DNA from: Botryllus schlosseri
Lineage: Eukaryota
DNA length: 64,000 bases
Reading direction: 5' to 3'
Assembly (NCBI GenBank): GCA_051294905.1
Contig: CM119372.1
Location: forward strand, 21,454,001-21,518,000
This document shows positions 1-14,024 of this stretch, piece by piece (the first letter of the stretch is position 1; the number at the start of each line of letters is the position of its first letter). The notes under the pieces were generated by a model. The model was not told the origin of the DNA and did no database searches. It worked only from the letters and a program-made list of their open reading frames with translations. The position numbers and the translations under genes are program-made.

Positions 1-39
1 GACCATACTCATTGACTCAGAGACAGAGTCAGAGATCAG

Positions 40-966
40 ACTGAGAGGCATACCTCTGCGAAATTTTTCAGGGATTGGCATTTTCAGCAATTTAGCAGCC
101 ATCGCTGCCTTCAGTTTGTCAAGAATCTTTGGATTAGCTGAGAACATGGTAAATACCACCATTTCCTCAGTTAGATACCAATGATGTTTTCGCAATTTCT
201 TGTATGCCACATCAGCAACAGTGAGATCGCATAATGAAAAGTTTTTCATGTCATGAATGAATTTGAGATCATTCCAAGGTGTGTCACATGCAATACCAGT
301 TTTCAACCAAGCTGGAACATAAAACAAAGCAATGAATGTATTGATTTGTTCCAACTTTTCAATGAACTCTTCAGAATAGTCCATTTGCTCACTCCACATG
401 AACATTTTTTGACAGTACAGGACTTGACTCGTCCATCTAGCGCTATGAGTAGCACCAGGCTTGCGAAAACGATGCTCAACATATTTGTCATCCAAAATCG
501 CCAAGGTCCCTGTTGCATATTCTCTGTAGTCATCTCTTATCAAGACTTCTTTCTTCTTTCCATCATTGGGTTTCATCAGTGGAATTATTTCTTGCTTTAC
601 TTCATCAGCTTTCATCGCCAACCAGCTGCCTTCAATAAACTTCTGCGTTTTATAGTATCTTGATTTATCAATATGTTTCCACTTCTTCTTGAAGGTATTC
701 AAATCCTGTTTTCATGGCCTGTGGTTGTCGATCCAAACAAACACTTCCAAACCTCTCGAATGACCAGTTCATAAATATGATGGCGACAGGCATTGTAGAA
801 AACTTTCCTGTTAATCAATTCTTCAAGTAACGGAACCGCACCTTTGTTTTTACCAGTGTTTGAGGATGTTGTGTCAAACACAAGAGCTCTAACAGATTTT
901 GTTAAATTCCAAAGTTCCAGCAGTTCAAATGATGCATCAGCCTGTGCTTTTCCTGTAGCACTTTCC
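40..966 (-). pseudogene. Decayed hATm-like transposase, catalytic core
   Basis: Minus-strand frames give ESATGKAQADASFELLELWNLTKSVRALVFDTTSSNTGKNKGAVPLLEELINRKVFYNACRHHIYELV and YKKLRKHHWYLTEEMVVFTMFS, broken by frameshifts and stops. Confidence 0.75.
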
Positions 967-1083
967 GACTATGCTGCGTTCATAACGGATGACAAAAAAC
1001 AGCGAGCGAGCCTCCTACAAGCTGTGGAAGATCACCGGAACAGATATGCAGATTTCTCGAAAGCAACCATTTCATCCACCTGA
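963..1083 (+). pseudogene. C-terminal fragment of the same transposase type, in the opposite orientation
   Basis: SDYAAFITDDKKQRASLLQAVEDHRNRYADFSK* resembles the C-terminus I recall for this family (ITKDE.Q...LLQVVE.HR). Confidence 0.55.
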
Positions 1084-2016
1084 TTTATGTAATATTTTGC
1101 CAAGTTGATCTCTTTCTTTGCCTTATTTTTTCGTTTCCTGTGATGTTTATTATGTGGCTGTGAGTGTATGTTACATTTACAGTTATATTCTTGCACCTGG
1201 GGATCCAGGAAATTGATGAACAGTGCCGGGTAGGTTTGAGGGGTGTAGGATATGTGATCCAACAAAATGCTATCAGTTTTAGGTAGTTTTGAGCAGTTCT
1301 AAGGCAGTGTGGGAAATGGAAATGATATCCTGAACTAGGAATGCCTTATATAGTGGGGTTTTGTAGCACTCCAAACCGCAACAGCTGCATAAATCCATGT
1401 TATATGTCACTTTAACTAGGCTAGGTAAAATCGTGACACTCAGATTTTAGGGGAATCCCCTATTTTCAGCTGCTATTCTTCCAGCTCAATGTGCACACGG
1501 ATGCAGGGGACGAGTGACAAAAAAAAGTAGCCAGAATATGTTTTTAAGGTATAAGGCATGGGAATCGGACTGAAAACCTGGACTTTTTGAAAGTCGGTCA
1601 ATTCTGAACAACCCTAATGTATATTGCTATCAATTTTTTATCCCTTCTGCTCATGTAATCTGATTTACCGGTAGAGATGAGGGAGGTGTCTTGGCAACTG
1701 TAGGGTCCGTAAATAATAATTAAACATATTCGGGCCAGCGGACCGGTGGTATAATGACTTCGTTAGGTGATGTTATTTCGTGACCTTCTGTCTACTTTGT
1801 CAAAATATATTGACATCGCCCATACGTACTAAATCTAACGACGCTCACGATTTCAAATTGGTTATTTCTTCACAGGCAAATTGTTTTTCCATGCATGATG
1901 ACATTTGTCTTGTGGGATTCAGATTTGCAGGACAGGAACATTCGACGCCAACCATTTAGTCGTGAAGGTCTTCTCGCTTCGATCGTTCTGGCACACTTCT
2001 GACAGTCGCATGTTAT

Positions 2017-2147
2017 TAGGGTTACCATATTTTGGAATGGGGAAAGGAGGACACTTTTTCAAAATTATGAGACTTCCCATAGTGGAGTAAAATCCGGAAA
2101 AATGGTAAATTTATCACGAAATTGTGGTTCGACGTATGGTAACCCTA
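2017..2147. mobile_element. Short MITE of the TAGGGTTACCATA family
   Basis: TIRs TAGGGTTACCATA / TATGGTAACCCTA with ATGTTA on both flanks. Related copies at 38391, 48796, 52996 and 55298. Confidence 0.8.
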
Positions 2148-4403
2148 ATGTTACATGGCCTTAAACTTTATATGTTTCGGTGCGTCGTGACGCAGTAATA
2201 ACCGACGTCGAAATGCCCATTTCTATAAATCATGCCCATTTTTTCTTGATGAATAGCACCCAATAATCAAGATATTTGTCTACCTTAATTCGCACACAGC
2301 GCGAAAAAATTTGAAAAACTATCCTAAATTTAAAAAAATCTACAATTTATGCTAATTCACGAAATTCACGACCCTATTCGAGCTCCGACCCCCATTTGAG
2401 GGGGTTGGGGTGCGGCAGGTGCGGTCCTGGCCAAATGCCAACACTGGCATCGGCTGCTATTACGTAAAAGGTCCGCACACGGTGGATGTTTCCGAGCAAC
2501 TCATACCGATTCCAATATTTCTTTTTTTTCTAGGCAGTGACACGCAATCCTATCGCGCAGAAAAACTATTTCAAACTTTGCAGTATAAACGCCTCAGGAA
2601 CGCTCCTCACTTGTGAACTAGAAAATCACAGATACCAAGAATTGCGTCCAAACGACAAAAGTTACGGGCTCACTGTACTTGATATGCTATTATAGGTTTA
2701 TTGGAATTATTCCATGCCAGAAAAAATGAGAAATGGACAATTTTCAGTCGCATCCGAATTTTAATTGGCTTCATTCGCACCACGATTGTCCTTCACCCCT
2801 AATTTTTTTTCATTCGCACAAGTGCGAACCGTCACACAGGTTGAAAAGCACTGAACTAGACTACATCATTTCTGTTGAACTGCACCTATGTTTACAATCA
2901 TTCAATGAATAAGTCTTTACATCTAAATGATGAGCTAGCACTCACGCAATTGAATATCGATCATATAGAGTGCGTCAATATTAGGGCGGGACACAATGGT
3001 TCTAGTGCTCGAATACGAATCGAGTATTGATTGTAATAATTCGAATCGAGATATGAGACGCGAATATTTCTAGTACTGGAAATTATACACCTCCGTCTCG
3101 CTGCGCGGTATGTTGCTATCCACGGGAATTATAGTTTTGACACTTTATTCCTGTCGTCATAGCCTTGAAACCACGACTATAGTCGTATCAAGTACAAATA
3201 TACGGACGTTAGTAAAAATGACATTTCTTCGAAGTAATGACCAGCCTGCAGCATTTTCACAAATATAATGAAATAGCTGCGGTCGAAAAAAATCTAAAAC
3301 AAAATTATAATATCTTCAATGCTATATATAGTAGCAAGTAGCCTACTGGCATTACTTTCTGTGTGGTCTCACTTCGCACACAAGGAACATTTTAGCTGGT
3401 GCCCTCCAACCGGTTGTATCGTGCACCCGAGGGCCTTGGGGTGTCATTTTTAACGGGTGTACCACTTTGATGGGGTGTACTAGCGTGCACCAGATACCGC
3501 ATCAACTGTATTCAATACCTTTAGTAATATTTAAAGTCAGACAATGTTACTGTCTGGATACGTGTGACTATTCAGGAACATTAACGAGACAACCGAAAGG
3601 ATAGTTTTACCTTTAGTGCAATTCCCCTGCTCGATTTTCAATCCAGTAGGACACAGTCGATTGCGATATCTGACGTTCTGCATGGAACACTCCGCCCAAT
3701 TTCCCCAACTGACAGTACAAGCGGCATCTGATGTTGGAAGTTATATCATTACGTATGCTAGTTAATAACTACCGCAATGAAGATTGTAAGATCACACTAT
3801 GGTATAATACTGATAATAATCCCACGAGCGAAAGAAATGACAGCCAATCAATTTGTTTTTGGTAATTAGGACCGCATGGGCATAAGGACGAATGATATAC
3901 GATTTTGTGGTGATGGAGGTATTGTGATCTAATATTAAAGACGCAAGAACTATGTGGTATAGGCTAGGGCTCTTCAACCGCGTTTATCGTACCCCCAAGC
4001 TAGGGTGTACCGAAATATTAAAAGGGTGTACCACTTAGATGGGGTATACTGGGGTGTACCATATACTCATTAAAACGGACCAATGACTATAGCTATCACA
4101 GTTTATGTATCAGAACATGTTGACCGAGTATGCAATATCGTACAATGTTCAAATCAACTGTACGCAACTTGTAAATATCATTCCTTTTGTGACATAAGTA
4201 AGCGAATGCTTCTTCTCATCGTTTGAACGTTGGTAATGGACTTATTGGGAATTTGTGAAGTAGAACACGATGGAGTTGACATGTGTTCAGCTTGCGATAT
4301 CTGTCTATAATGATTCTTGAGGAATCCGCCACGAGAGTTCGGACATTTTGAATTGGTTCTTCCTGCGATATGCTTATGAATAGCGCAGTGTACATAATTG
4401 CAG

Positions 4404-5530
4404 GGCTCCGTAGACATATATGAGCAATGGGCATGCGAGATTATAGCATGCGACACTTGGGCATGCGACAATTGGGCATGCGATAGGGCAGTGTTGGGAT
4501 GACTCGAGTCACCTTTTTTGCATGACTTGACTTGACTCGAGTCACTTTGCTAAAATGACTTGACTTGACTTGACTTGACTCGGTGTATCAGAAATGTGGA
4601 TTGACTCGTGACTTGGAGCAAAATTCACGAGTCAATTTCAAGCCATCAATTAATCGGAGTCGATAAAAATCACTGTATCTTGCATATGTTCGGATTGTTC
4701 GCGAAATGCTGGTGTAACCCGTGAGAACGACCAATCATTCAATGACCGTACATTTACGGGGCCTCCATTGTTCTCTCACAAATAAATTGACCACAAACGA
4801 AGTGATCGAAGCTTACAGCTCACCTCGTAGTAAACTAGTAGTAAAGTAATACAATAGAAAATTGTATATTTCTGTTCTCTGTTCTTACCTTAACCAAACC
4901 TCTTGTTTTATTGATTTTGAATTTGAATATAGTTTATAAACTCCTCAATCATTGACGCAGGCTCAAATTGTTTCATATCACCATGTAAATGGGTAAAGGG
5001 TAATGTATTGCATCTTATTAATTCATCTTATCAATTCGGGATACAGCGCCTTCTTGGGTGTATATTCAACTCTATATTCGTTCATCGGTTCAAAAGCAAT
5101 GACCACTCAACCTGTATTACAAACAGCTAGGAAAATGTAATGACGTAATCATCCCTCATACTACGAAATAGCAACTCGACTTGAATTTTGACTTGACTCG
5201 TGACTTGACTTGACTTGACTCGACTTGACTCGAGTCACCTCCAAAAATCGAGTGACTTGACTTGACTCGAGTCATCTTCGAAAACCGATTGACTTGACTT
5301 GACTCGAGTCAAAATGTGCAATGACTCTTGACTCGAAGGTAGTGACTTGATCCCAACACTGGAGGGTAAGTCTAGGAGTAAGGGTATATATAGCATCTAA
5401 TTTCGGGGTTATATTTCGGGTTAGGGTTAGTTTTGGGGTTACAAGGTCACATGCTGAAATGACGCATGCTAAAGTGTTCCATGCTCAACTATCGTTTTCC
5501 ATTGTGTCGCATGGTCATATGTCGGGCAAC
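4404..5530. mobile_element. MULE-like non-autonomous element
   Basis: Flanking direct repeat TAATTGCAG (4395-4403, 5531-5539), degenerate inverted ends with GCATGCGA subterminal repeats, and an internal GGTTAGGGTTAG. Confidence 0.55.
4489..5361. mobile_element. MITE with GACTCGAGTC/GACTT subterminal repeats
   Basis: TIRs CAGTGTTGGGAT / ATCCCAACACTG and arrays of GACTT and GACTCGAGTC at both ends. No clean TSD seen. Confidence 0.75.
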
Positions 5531-5747
5531 TAATTGCAGGGGGTAGCCAGGGGTCTCGGCGGAGGGGGTCGATTTCGAGAACCAATGTGTTAGATTATGG
5601 TCCGATAACCTCGAGCCCTGATTATTATTCAGCATTCTCAACATTTTGCAGCCTTGTTCATCCTTATTTCAACAGGCCAAAGGTGGCCAACTTGCCGACG
5701 AAAGGTCGCCTGCAGCCATTTCACAATAATTGTGCGGTCCTCTACAC

Positions 5748-8536
5748 CAGGGGTCGCCAACTCAAAACGGGTCGCGGGCCACTTTTCAAAATAAGTCAAG
5801 GCCGCGGGCCGCATGACTTCAATATCAAGATAGAAATAGGCAACGGAGTTTAACAGCCACGTTTTTATAACTCCACGTCAGTACAGCGCTGTCCTCTCTA
5901 ACACGGGAGACGGGCATAGTTACCACAAAGGAAATAATATTTTATTGAAGAAATACAACAACAACAAAAAAATCATGATCATCACTTTCATTCTATTTTG
6001 TACTATGAGCTGCACACGGTACCTGACAACACTCTTCAGTAACTAAAGAAGATGTGAATATGTGGCCAACCTTTTTGCTATTCACGGCCGCATTTGATTA
6101 GCCTACTTATGTTGGCTACGGCTGCATTCCAGTGCATAGTCGTAATGAACTAATTGCAGTCCGAATCCCCACGTTAAACTGTCAATGTCCAATGCCGATG
6201 AACTCCAGACCAATCTATTTACTCCTATCGGTTTACTCTGCGCACCGACATCGTGATGAGCACTCCTGTTATAAATACCCCCAGGGGTGGCCTTGTTGGT
6301 CGCGCGAAGCGCGGAAATTTTTTCACATTCTCGAGTGAACTTCGTTAGTTTCACATACACTATCATATATTTATCTTTACTCAGCCCATGTGATCAAGTT
6401 TGCCGATAGTTGATGCAGGAGGTGTCTTCGAAAATTTAGGGAAGCCATTAATGCTGTGCTGCATCTATGGGCGGTCCAATTGGTGTTAGACCCCTCTGTT
6501 GCATAATGTTATTTCTTGACATCCCATCAGGATGGATGGAAAGATGTTGGATTTGCCCAAATGTAGACCTACCAGAAACAAATTTCATTCGTGATGAGGA
6601 GAACACGATTAAAAATTGGTATTCGTTTATGGGGCGCATCATTTTCCTGTGCTGTTCGCATCTGTACTGTGGGGCTCAGATTACAAAATACATTACTAAA
6701 TTAAAATCGAAAATCAACTCGCATGGAACCGCACGTGGCGAGAAGAAAATTTCAAGAATTCTTCAAACCTCTCATTAATTAGGAAGTCAATTCGTATATT
6801 CAATTTGCGTATTGATGTCCGCCAACACATCCTAATTGAAATAAGTGTTGACGGTAACATAATTTTCCTTCTACTGCCGCAGATTTGGCCACCCCTGAAC
6901 TAAAGAATCGATATTGGGATTAGCTGGACCAGGGGTTCTCAAAGGGTGGGCCACAGAGCATTTTGAGGTGGGCCACAGAGCCATTTGGAAAATTTCAGAA
7001 CTAAGGTAACTTTAGTTATATTTCTTATGTTATTCGCCAAAAATATATTCGTATTATCTAATTATAAGTAGGCTATAAAAAGCTTTTCATCCGACTTTGA
7101 TTAGACGTAGTGGCACGTATGAAGTCAGCATGTACAAATCGAAAACGTTAGGAAGAAACGGTGGCTTTTTCTACTGGCTATGACAACCTACGGCTAACAG
7201 CAACGAAAATAATTTCAAATGTATAAAAACTGGAAGATAATGCTGAAGTAACCAAGTATTCCGGCAGGGTCATGTCGTATTTCGTTGAAAGGGGTATGCA
7301 ATGAACTCGCAATGAAGTGCAATTGATGTACTGATTTACTGTACTTAGGCAGGCCGTATTATTGCAATCTAAACATAGCCATAGTTGCAAATTATTAGCA
7401 ACTTCTGACCGAGGTATACTGCACCACCGCAACAACGAATCTTAATGGATCGAGGATTTATCGGAGCGCATTAATCTTTGAAGTCGGTTTAAAATGTCCG
7501 GCCTGGAAATCCCTGTACTTACTGAAAGAGTGACAGGAATTGATTGTATCATTGGATTGAATATTCTGACATCGCAACTTCAGTTGTTTTGGTACAAGAC
7601 ACGCAAAGTACATCATGCATATTGAAAAATCTGTCTCCATTTCCCTGTAGTACCCCATTCACCAATGAATTGTTCGATGCTGGCCCAGAATGAATATAAT
7701 ATTCCCCACAATAGTATCACTAAAGTCCCAATCACACAGTGCGGAGATCTGATCATTGTGTTTCGCGACGGAAATGGAGCAGCGGACGAAAATAATATAC
7801 TTAGAAGTTTTAGCTTATGGTCTACCAGGGCCGTAACTGCCGCACCCAGATCCCCAATTGGGGGAGCTAGAAGGGGCCCAAGGTTACTTCGTTGGTCGTT
7901 TGTTGGAGGATATTTATTAAACTTGAATTTAGTTTCGCGCTTCGCGCGATTTCTTATTCCGGGAGATCGAGATTTAAATGTCATCAGTTAGAGAAAAATG
8001 CGCATCTTTTAGAGAAATAGGCATTCGGCGATGTCCGTGACCACGAATTAAACAGGATTATGACTCAAAGATGTCAGGTGGGCCACAGCATATTTTTAAA
8101 TCGGAAAATGGGCCACGGCCAAGAAAGGGCTGAGAACCCCTGAGCTGGACACAGTAGGCCTACTTGCTGGAGAACGACCTCCTCGTAAAGCTTGATCTTT
8201 TGCGGAGCCTGAAGTCATTTTATAAGCGTCTCGGACGTGGCATTATTGGGCCATTGTACGTCAAGGAAGTATGCCCATTCATATCAGCAAATCATTCATC
8301 CGTGGAATGATATTACCATCGCCGAAGCCGCATCAGCGAGTGTGGAATAGTGATATTGAGCACAGGAGAATACCACACTTTGAACAACAACAACATTGAA
8401 TTTAAACTGAAATCAATCTCAGCATTTCAAAATGCTTTACTAAGTGGTCTTCCGAAATTTCAAATCAGGTCGCGGGCCGCAAAATATGACCTCGCGGGCC
8501 GCATGCGGCCCGCGGGCCGCGTGTTGGTGACCCCTG
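5748..8536. mobile_element. hAT (Charlie-like) non-autonomous element
   Basis: TIRs CAGGGGTCGCCAAC / GTTGGTGACCCCTG, GCGGGCCGC subterminal motifs, perfect TSD CTCTACAC. Confidence 0.85.
6930..8142. mobile_element. hAT element nested in 5748-8536
   Basis: TIRs CAGGGGTTCTCA / TGAGAACCCCTG; perfect TSD AGCTGGAC. Confidence 0.85.
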
Positions 8537-9763
8537 CTCTACACATTATTAAATTTACATGTGTTGGCGGCCGTTAATGCGCAATTTGAATTACCGAATT
8601 GGTTTCTAAATATTGGAGAGATTTAAATTAAAGTTTAAATCTTATTCATGCTTTGCGGGATTCAGGATGACTTGGATGTTTGGTTTTAATTATAATAGTG
8701 TAATCTTTGCCTCCCTGTACAATCGCCAATCGCAGAGGCAAACGCAAATCGCAGAGGAAAATGATGCACCCCGTAAAGAAATATCAAGTCGGAATCGTGT
8801 GCGTCTCGCGCATGAACGTTTTTCTGGTACGTTTTGGCGATGCCAATATATATTTTCACTATGCCTACAACCTTGATGGGACGTCAAAAATGACAACATG
8901 CAACAATTTTAATAATAAAACCGGGAAATGCATCATCATTAATTGTGTGTCCAAAATTTTCGAAGACACCTCCTGCATCAGCAGCTCTACAGGTTGTTCT
9001 GATCACATGGGCTATGGATCAATGTTTTACAGTAATATATGGAACAAGCAATAGTATCGACGAAATTCATTTTCCAGGCTGAAAATTTTTTCAGAGGAAT
9101 CCAGATTACATTTTCCAATTTAACTTGAGTATATGACGTAGAGATGGGTCATGGCGATTCCCCGTCGGAATGCGACCGAATGCCATATATATCTAATCGA
9201 AATACAACCATGAATAGCAGAAAGGTTGATCGCCCCCGTATTAGGCTTACTACGAAATAAACGTATTGTGTGGTCAGGGGCGTACGAATTTCGAGTAAAC
9301 GTTAAAAGGGTGTACCATGACGATAAAGGCTGAAGAGCACTGGTATAGGCTACCTGTCGCAGTGGTACAGATGATATTCGTGATAGTTTAAACTCATCAG
9401 TTTATTAGTGATCGATCAATTCTGATAGTTCGGTATATAGTCATCACTGCCAGTATAAATTTTGGGGTTGATACAATCTCCTGAAAGCTAATCAATTGTC
9501 ATCGGATGAGTGAATGTATAATAATAGGAGTTCTTTTTTAGACGGAACCGGATTGGAGCCGGATTCATACTTCGTTTCTGACACAACCGGAGCTAGGGAA
9601 TTTTTTGACTTGGCCCGTACTGGTTGAGACCATCATCTAACTTAGGGGTTGTTGTTGTTGATGTGACTGGTAATCATGGTGTTTCATTTACAGCAGGGCG
9701 ATTTTATTTTCTATTTTTCATTCCGGATCTGCCGACTTGTAGCACGGCCTACTAACTCAAGGG

Positions 9764-10755
9764 CAGGGGACACCAAATCAAAACGGGTCGCGGGCCACTT
9801 TTCAAATCTCATCGAAACAAAATTGGGCACATAGTTCAGCAACTTAACCACGTTTTTAAAACGTTACGTCTATGTTCTCTAACTTGGGCGAAGGGAATAG
9901 TTACCGCAAAAGAATAATTTTATTAGGAAATACGAAACAGCAAAATATCATGACACCAATTTCCTTTCATTTTGAACTATGAGTAAACGCATGATACCTG
10001 ACAACGCTTTTCAGCCACTAAGTGTTATGAGCACGAAGCAATATTCGTGAGCAGTTTATTACTTCGGCTTAAATGAACTAATACCTTGACTACGATACTG
10101 GCAATACCAACATTTACCACAACAGCAACATAAATGAAGATCGGTTCAAGTACGCGAAGCAGGTAAACAGTCTGCACTCATTATGGTCCACGCCAGTACA
10201 TTACGACGAATGATCATTAACACAGAAAGGTAATCACAGCAGAACTGAAGTCGGTACCAATTTAACAACAAACATACAACACTAAGGAATCAATATTGGG
10301 TCTAGCAAGACGCGGTACTAGCCGACAGACTATCTCCTCCTAAGGTTCCCCCGGACGCTGTTTGAGCTACGTCCCTCATCCTAACTTTTACTGAAAAATG
10401 ATCAATAATTGTATAGTCTATAATATTATTATTATATGCTTATTTGCGAACGTAGGTAAATGGTCACTGGTTTACTGAGCACTTCCCTTACCAAATGAAC
10501 AATATTCTTGTCCGGTCTCCAACCCATTCTGGCATTGACGATTACGATATCTAACATCGTTCGTGGTACATTCCGTCCAACTTCCCCATGTCACGTTGCA
10601 AGCGGTATCTGACGATAGAATGCAGATTCTAACTTAATTTAGTAATCAACTGTTGGGCGCAGACCGTAACTAATTCAACGAGCGACACGCATCCGACTCC
10701 GCGAGCACATATGAGTTTGAGATCCGGCCCGCGGGGTATATGTTGCCCGCTCCTG
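9764..10755. mobile_element. Degenerate Charlie-like hAT element related to 5748-8536
   Basis: The first ~270 bp align by eye with 5748-6050 and 29428-29720. The right end is GGCCCGCGGG...CCTG. No TSD recognisable. Confidence 0.55.
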
Positions 10756-10798
10756 CAGTAGAGGGTGAATTTGTAGGACATCAAATCAGAACACTCAC

Positions 10799-10870
10799 CA
10801 AAAACTTCTATTTCTTATTAGGACGGAGGATTTGGAAAAAATACATGACTCTCTTTCATTGAAGTTGCAT
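10799..10870 (-). CDS. Candidate internal exon (CNFNERESCIFSKSSVLIRNRSF), possibly the start of a MAM-like domain
   Basis: TTTAG acceptor and GTGAGT donor bound 72 bp that is open in phase 2/2. Linkage to the upstream membrane-protein exons is not established. Confidence 0.3.
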
Positions 10871-11314
10871 CTAAATTTCTTGGAAATACTAAGGATCTTG
10901 ATTATTTGGAGGGTTTAGTTTAAGTTTAAGATAATAAAACCTCAAATCCAATAAAGTAAGTTTAAAGCTTTGTAAGATGTGTTCGTATCATATACGGACC
11001 TAAACGGGCATAAGCGCCCTGAATTCAGCCGTTTTTGAGTAAAATTTTTATTCGAATTTTGCGAAAAATTGTGACGTGATGAGTGAATTCTGACAGCAAA
11101 TTCGAAATCAGCATCTTCAAATTCGATAAACTCAATTAATCATTCTGAAAAAAAAAGTTGAAAAATGTCGACCAGTGTTATAAAAAATCTTGACGTGATA
11201 GAAAAAAAAGCGATTTCATATTCGTAATCAGCATGGGAAAATTGACTTGATAGTCATCATTTTGGCCAGAAAGTAAAAATCATGACGACCAGTGTAATTA
11301 TGGTCAAAGGCTAC

Positions 11315-13384
11315 CAGGGTTGTAACCAAGTCACATGGTTCCGAGTCACGAGTCAATCTTACTTTTGTGGTTTTGATTCGAGTCAAGTCGAGTCATTTTC
11401 AATTCATCACCGAGTCGAGTCCGAGTCCAAGTCACCGTTTAAAGGGTCAAGTCCGAGTCATAGTGTTATGACTCGAGTCCGAGTCCAAGTCACAGTATTG
11501 ATGTCATGTTCAACCCATGTTTTCAATCCTGCTTGGGTGATATCGATTGCCTTGCTTGCCAAACATGTTTATTTTGTCCCTATCAGAGTCTTCGCACATG
11601 TTTATTTAGGCAGATTACGGATAGTTCCTAGCCTCATTTACCGATGCTACAGATAAACGAGACAGGCCGCCAATATGATAACTTTACAAATCTTAGAACT
11701 TAAAAATAAAATATCTGTCTTGTCAGTCCGATACATCACAAATACAAGCATTTAGTTTTTATTACAAGCACATCGACGACAGCTCACAAATAGCTGATTG
11801 AGAACCAACGAATTCAAGTCTACATACTATCTGATGGAGAACCTACGAATTCACGTCAATCAGGTGATAGAGAATCAACAGATGCATGTTTATGTAGAGG
11901 TATTTTCACCAGGCCAGCATGCTGTAAAAGCGTGCATGCAGCTATGTGCACTGTGCAGTGACAAAAGAACAGATACCTTTTGATATTACTAAAGTTTTTC
12001 TCAATTGCATTACGGACTACATCGCAGTTACAGCATTGGAGAAATAATTGTACAATGGGGATGCTAAAAAACATTTTTTCAAAGTTACCGGCTACTTCTT
12101 AAAATTGTTAGATTGCCTAAAAACCAAATTTGTCTCAATTCCAACCGGTAGAAAGCACTGCTATGAGAGAAAATTTTGGATTGATTACGAATAGCGATTT
12201 TCGAATTTTACCGGCTACCTCGTGAAATTGTTAGATTGTGTGAAAATATGATTCATAGCAAATTTGGCTCGAATCCAACTAGAAGAAGCGAAGTTATTAG
12301 ACTAAGATATTTTTGATATGAAAAAATAGTCGGCTCACTACTAGTATGTAATTATATTATATGAAAGAATTTCTCACTAAAAATACTCTATTAATTTTGA
12401 AAACCAAAAATTTCTCCTCTGATATCGTTGATTCAACTTTTTAAGATTTAGCCAGATTCAGTGTTCTTTTAATGCAACATAACAATTTTATCAAGTAGCC
12501 ACCCAGTAAAATTAAAAAGAAGTTATTTCTGAACAGCCCGATTGTACAAACATCGCACAACATTAGCCATTCATTATTACTCACGTGCACAATGCACATA
12601 CCTAACAAAACGTCAAATGGACGGAGGGTATTGTGTGTCTTCACAGACGGTAGATCAAATCAATGATGAATTACAGTTCGATAATACCAAAGTGGAAAGG
12701 AGATCCTCAGATATATTAAAGCGGCATGGCCTTAGAATAAATCCACATCTACTGAATATACGTTCCAATGGTGCACTAGATGCAGGAATTGAGAAGCATG
12801 TTTGAACCTCCCTGAAAAGCATTGAATCCCATTCTTTCTAGTCGCCCAAAAATGCATAGATTCATCGCCTTCGAATCTACACATGAGCTTATCAGTCTCC
12901 TCAAAGTACTTGACCATTTGAGTCATTGCATTGGCTCTAATTGAACTTTGCTTCGATTGTTGCTTGTATAATCGAAAAGTCTTGAGTACTTTGATTGCGG
13001 AGGATCTATTACCTCTTCATCACTGGATGATTTTGTACAATGCATTGCCATGTATACCTTGTCTGTTGTTTTTACGGCAGCATATCTGATATCAGACGAG
13101 TGCAACGAAAGCAGTGGTGACAAATAGCGTTGTCAGCAGAATTCGTCAGATGCTTTGATCTAGCCATTACGATTCGCAAATTTCTTCGTCTTCAAGTCAT
13201 ATAAAATGAGCCAAGTCAATGACTTGGGTCGAGTCACGCGTAATGACTCGAGTACAAGTCGAGTCAATCCAAATATTGACTCGAGTCGAGTCGAGTCATT
13301 TTCCCATTTCAAGGAAATGACTCGAGTCAAGTCGAGTCACAAAAAATTCGTGACTCGAGTCTGACTCGAGTCATTACAACCCTG
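11315..13384 (-). mobile_element. hAT transposon deletion derivative with a transposase C-terminal relic
   Basis: TIRs CAGGGTTGTAA / TTACAACCCTG, perfect TSD AAGGCTAC, GACTCGAGTC subterminal arrays. The minus strand near 12750-12860 encodes HFWA and SIPASSAPLERIFS (hAT dimerisation-domain motif), frameshifted. Confidence 0.9.
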
Positions 13385-13949
13385 AAGGCTACACAGTAAA
13401 TGACGTAGTTAAGCAGTTCTATAGGTATGCGTGAGCGATACAATCCCTTTTTAAATCTATATTTAACTCTGCATTCCTTACTCGATTCAGAATAACTCTT
13501 TATTCCATCTGCGTTCAAGCAACTAAATAAATGCATTTGAATCATGCTACCTCGTTTCGAAAATTCAGATAAATTTTCAAAGTGATGCGATTCACATCAA
13601 ATTATCTCAAATATTCCGATTTCGAGTTAATTTCAAGTCGACAAATATTTTCAGTTTGGTTTGTTATTACAATGAGCGCAATGTACAATGAGCAATGAGC
13701 ATTATATACGCATTATTGAGGTCCCGAATATGGGTATCCCAGTTGATCTTTTAAATATCATATTGCAAGAGCATTCCTTCTGAATTCAGGTATCGTATTG
13801 ATCAGGTAGACTCATATATCTTATATCTTATATATCGGATTATGATCGGATAGTTTTCTGAGAGGAGCTATTTAGAAATGACTCTTATATCACGATGACT
13901 AGAATATGAATCTTACAAAGAACATTTACGATCAAAGACTTTTACACAC

Positions 13950-14024
13950 TTTCCTCATTCGCATCTGTCAACTGCAGCATTGTGTCATTTAATTTCCGTA
14001 TTGCAATATCAACTCCAGCAAAAT
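13950..14024 (-). CDS. Candidate coiled-coil neck exon of the type II membrane protein gene
   Basis: CTATTTTAG acceptor, GTGTGT donor, 75 bp, phase 1/1 like the upstream exons; encodes DFAGVDIAIRKLNDTMLQLTDANEE. Confidence 0.45.

Larger units (their letters stand above)
1..1616. mobile_element. hAT-superfamily (hATm-like) DNA transposon remnant, left part outside the window
   Basis: Transposase-like peptides FDTTSSNTG..GAV..LE...NACRHHIYELV and KHHWYLTEEMV. The right end finishes ...GAACAACCCTA, the reverse complement of a TAGGG terminus. Confidence 0.7.
3965..9342. mobile_element. Non-autonomous hAT element carrying nested insertions
   Basis: Termini TAGGGCTCTTCAACC / GGCTGAAGAGCACTG; perfect 8-bp TSD GTATAGGC at 3957-3964 and 9343-9350. 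Confidence 0.8.

Noticed and set aside
9355..9480. Further exon of the membrane-protein gene
   Set aside because: The acceptor is good, but all three phases reach a stop before the GT donor. It could only be a terminal or pseudo-exon.
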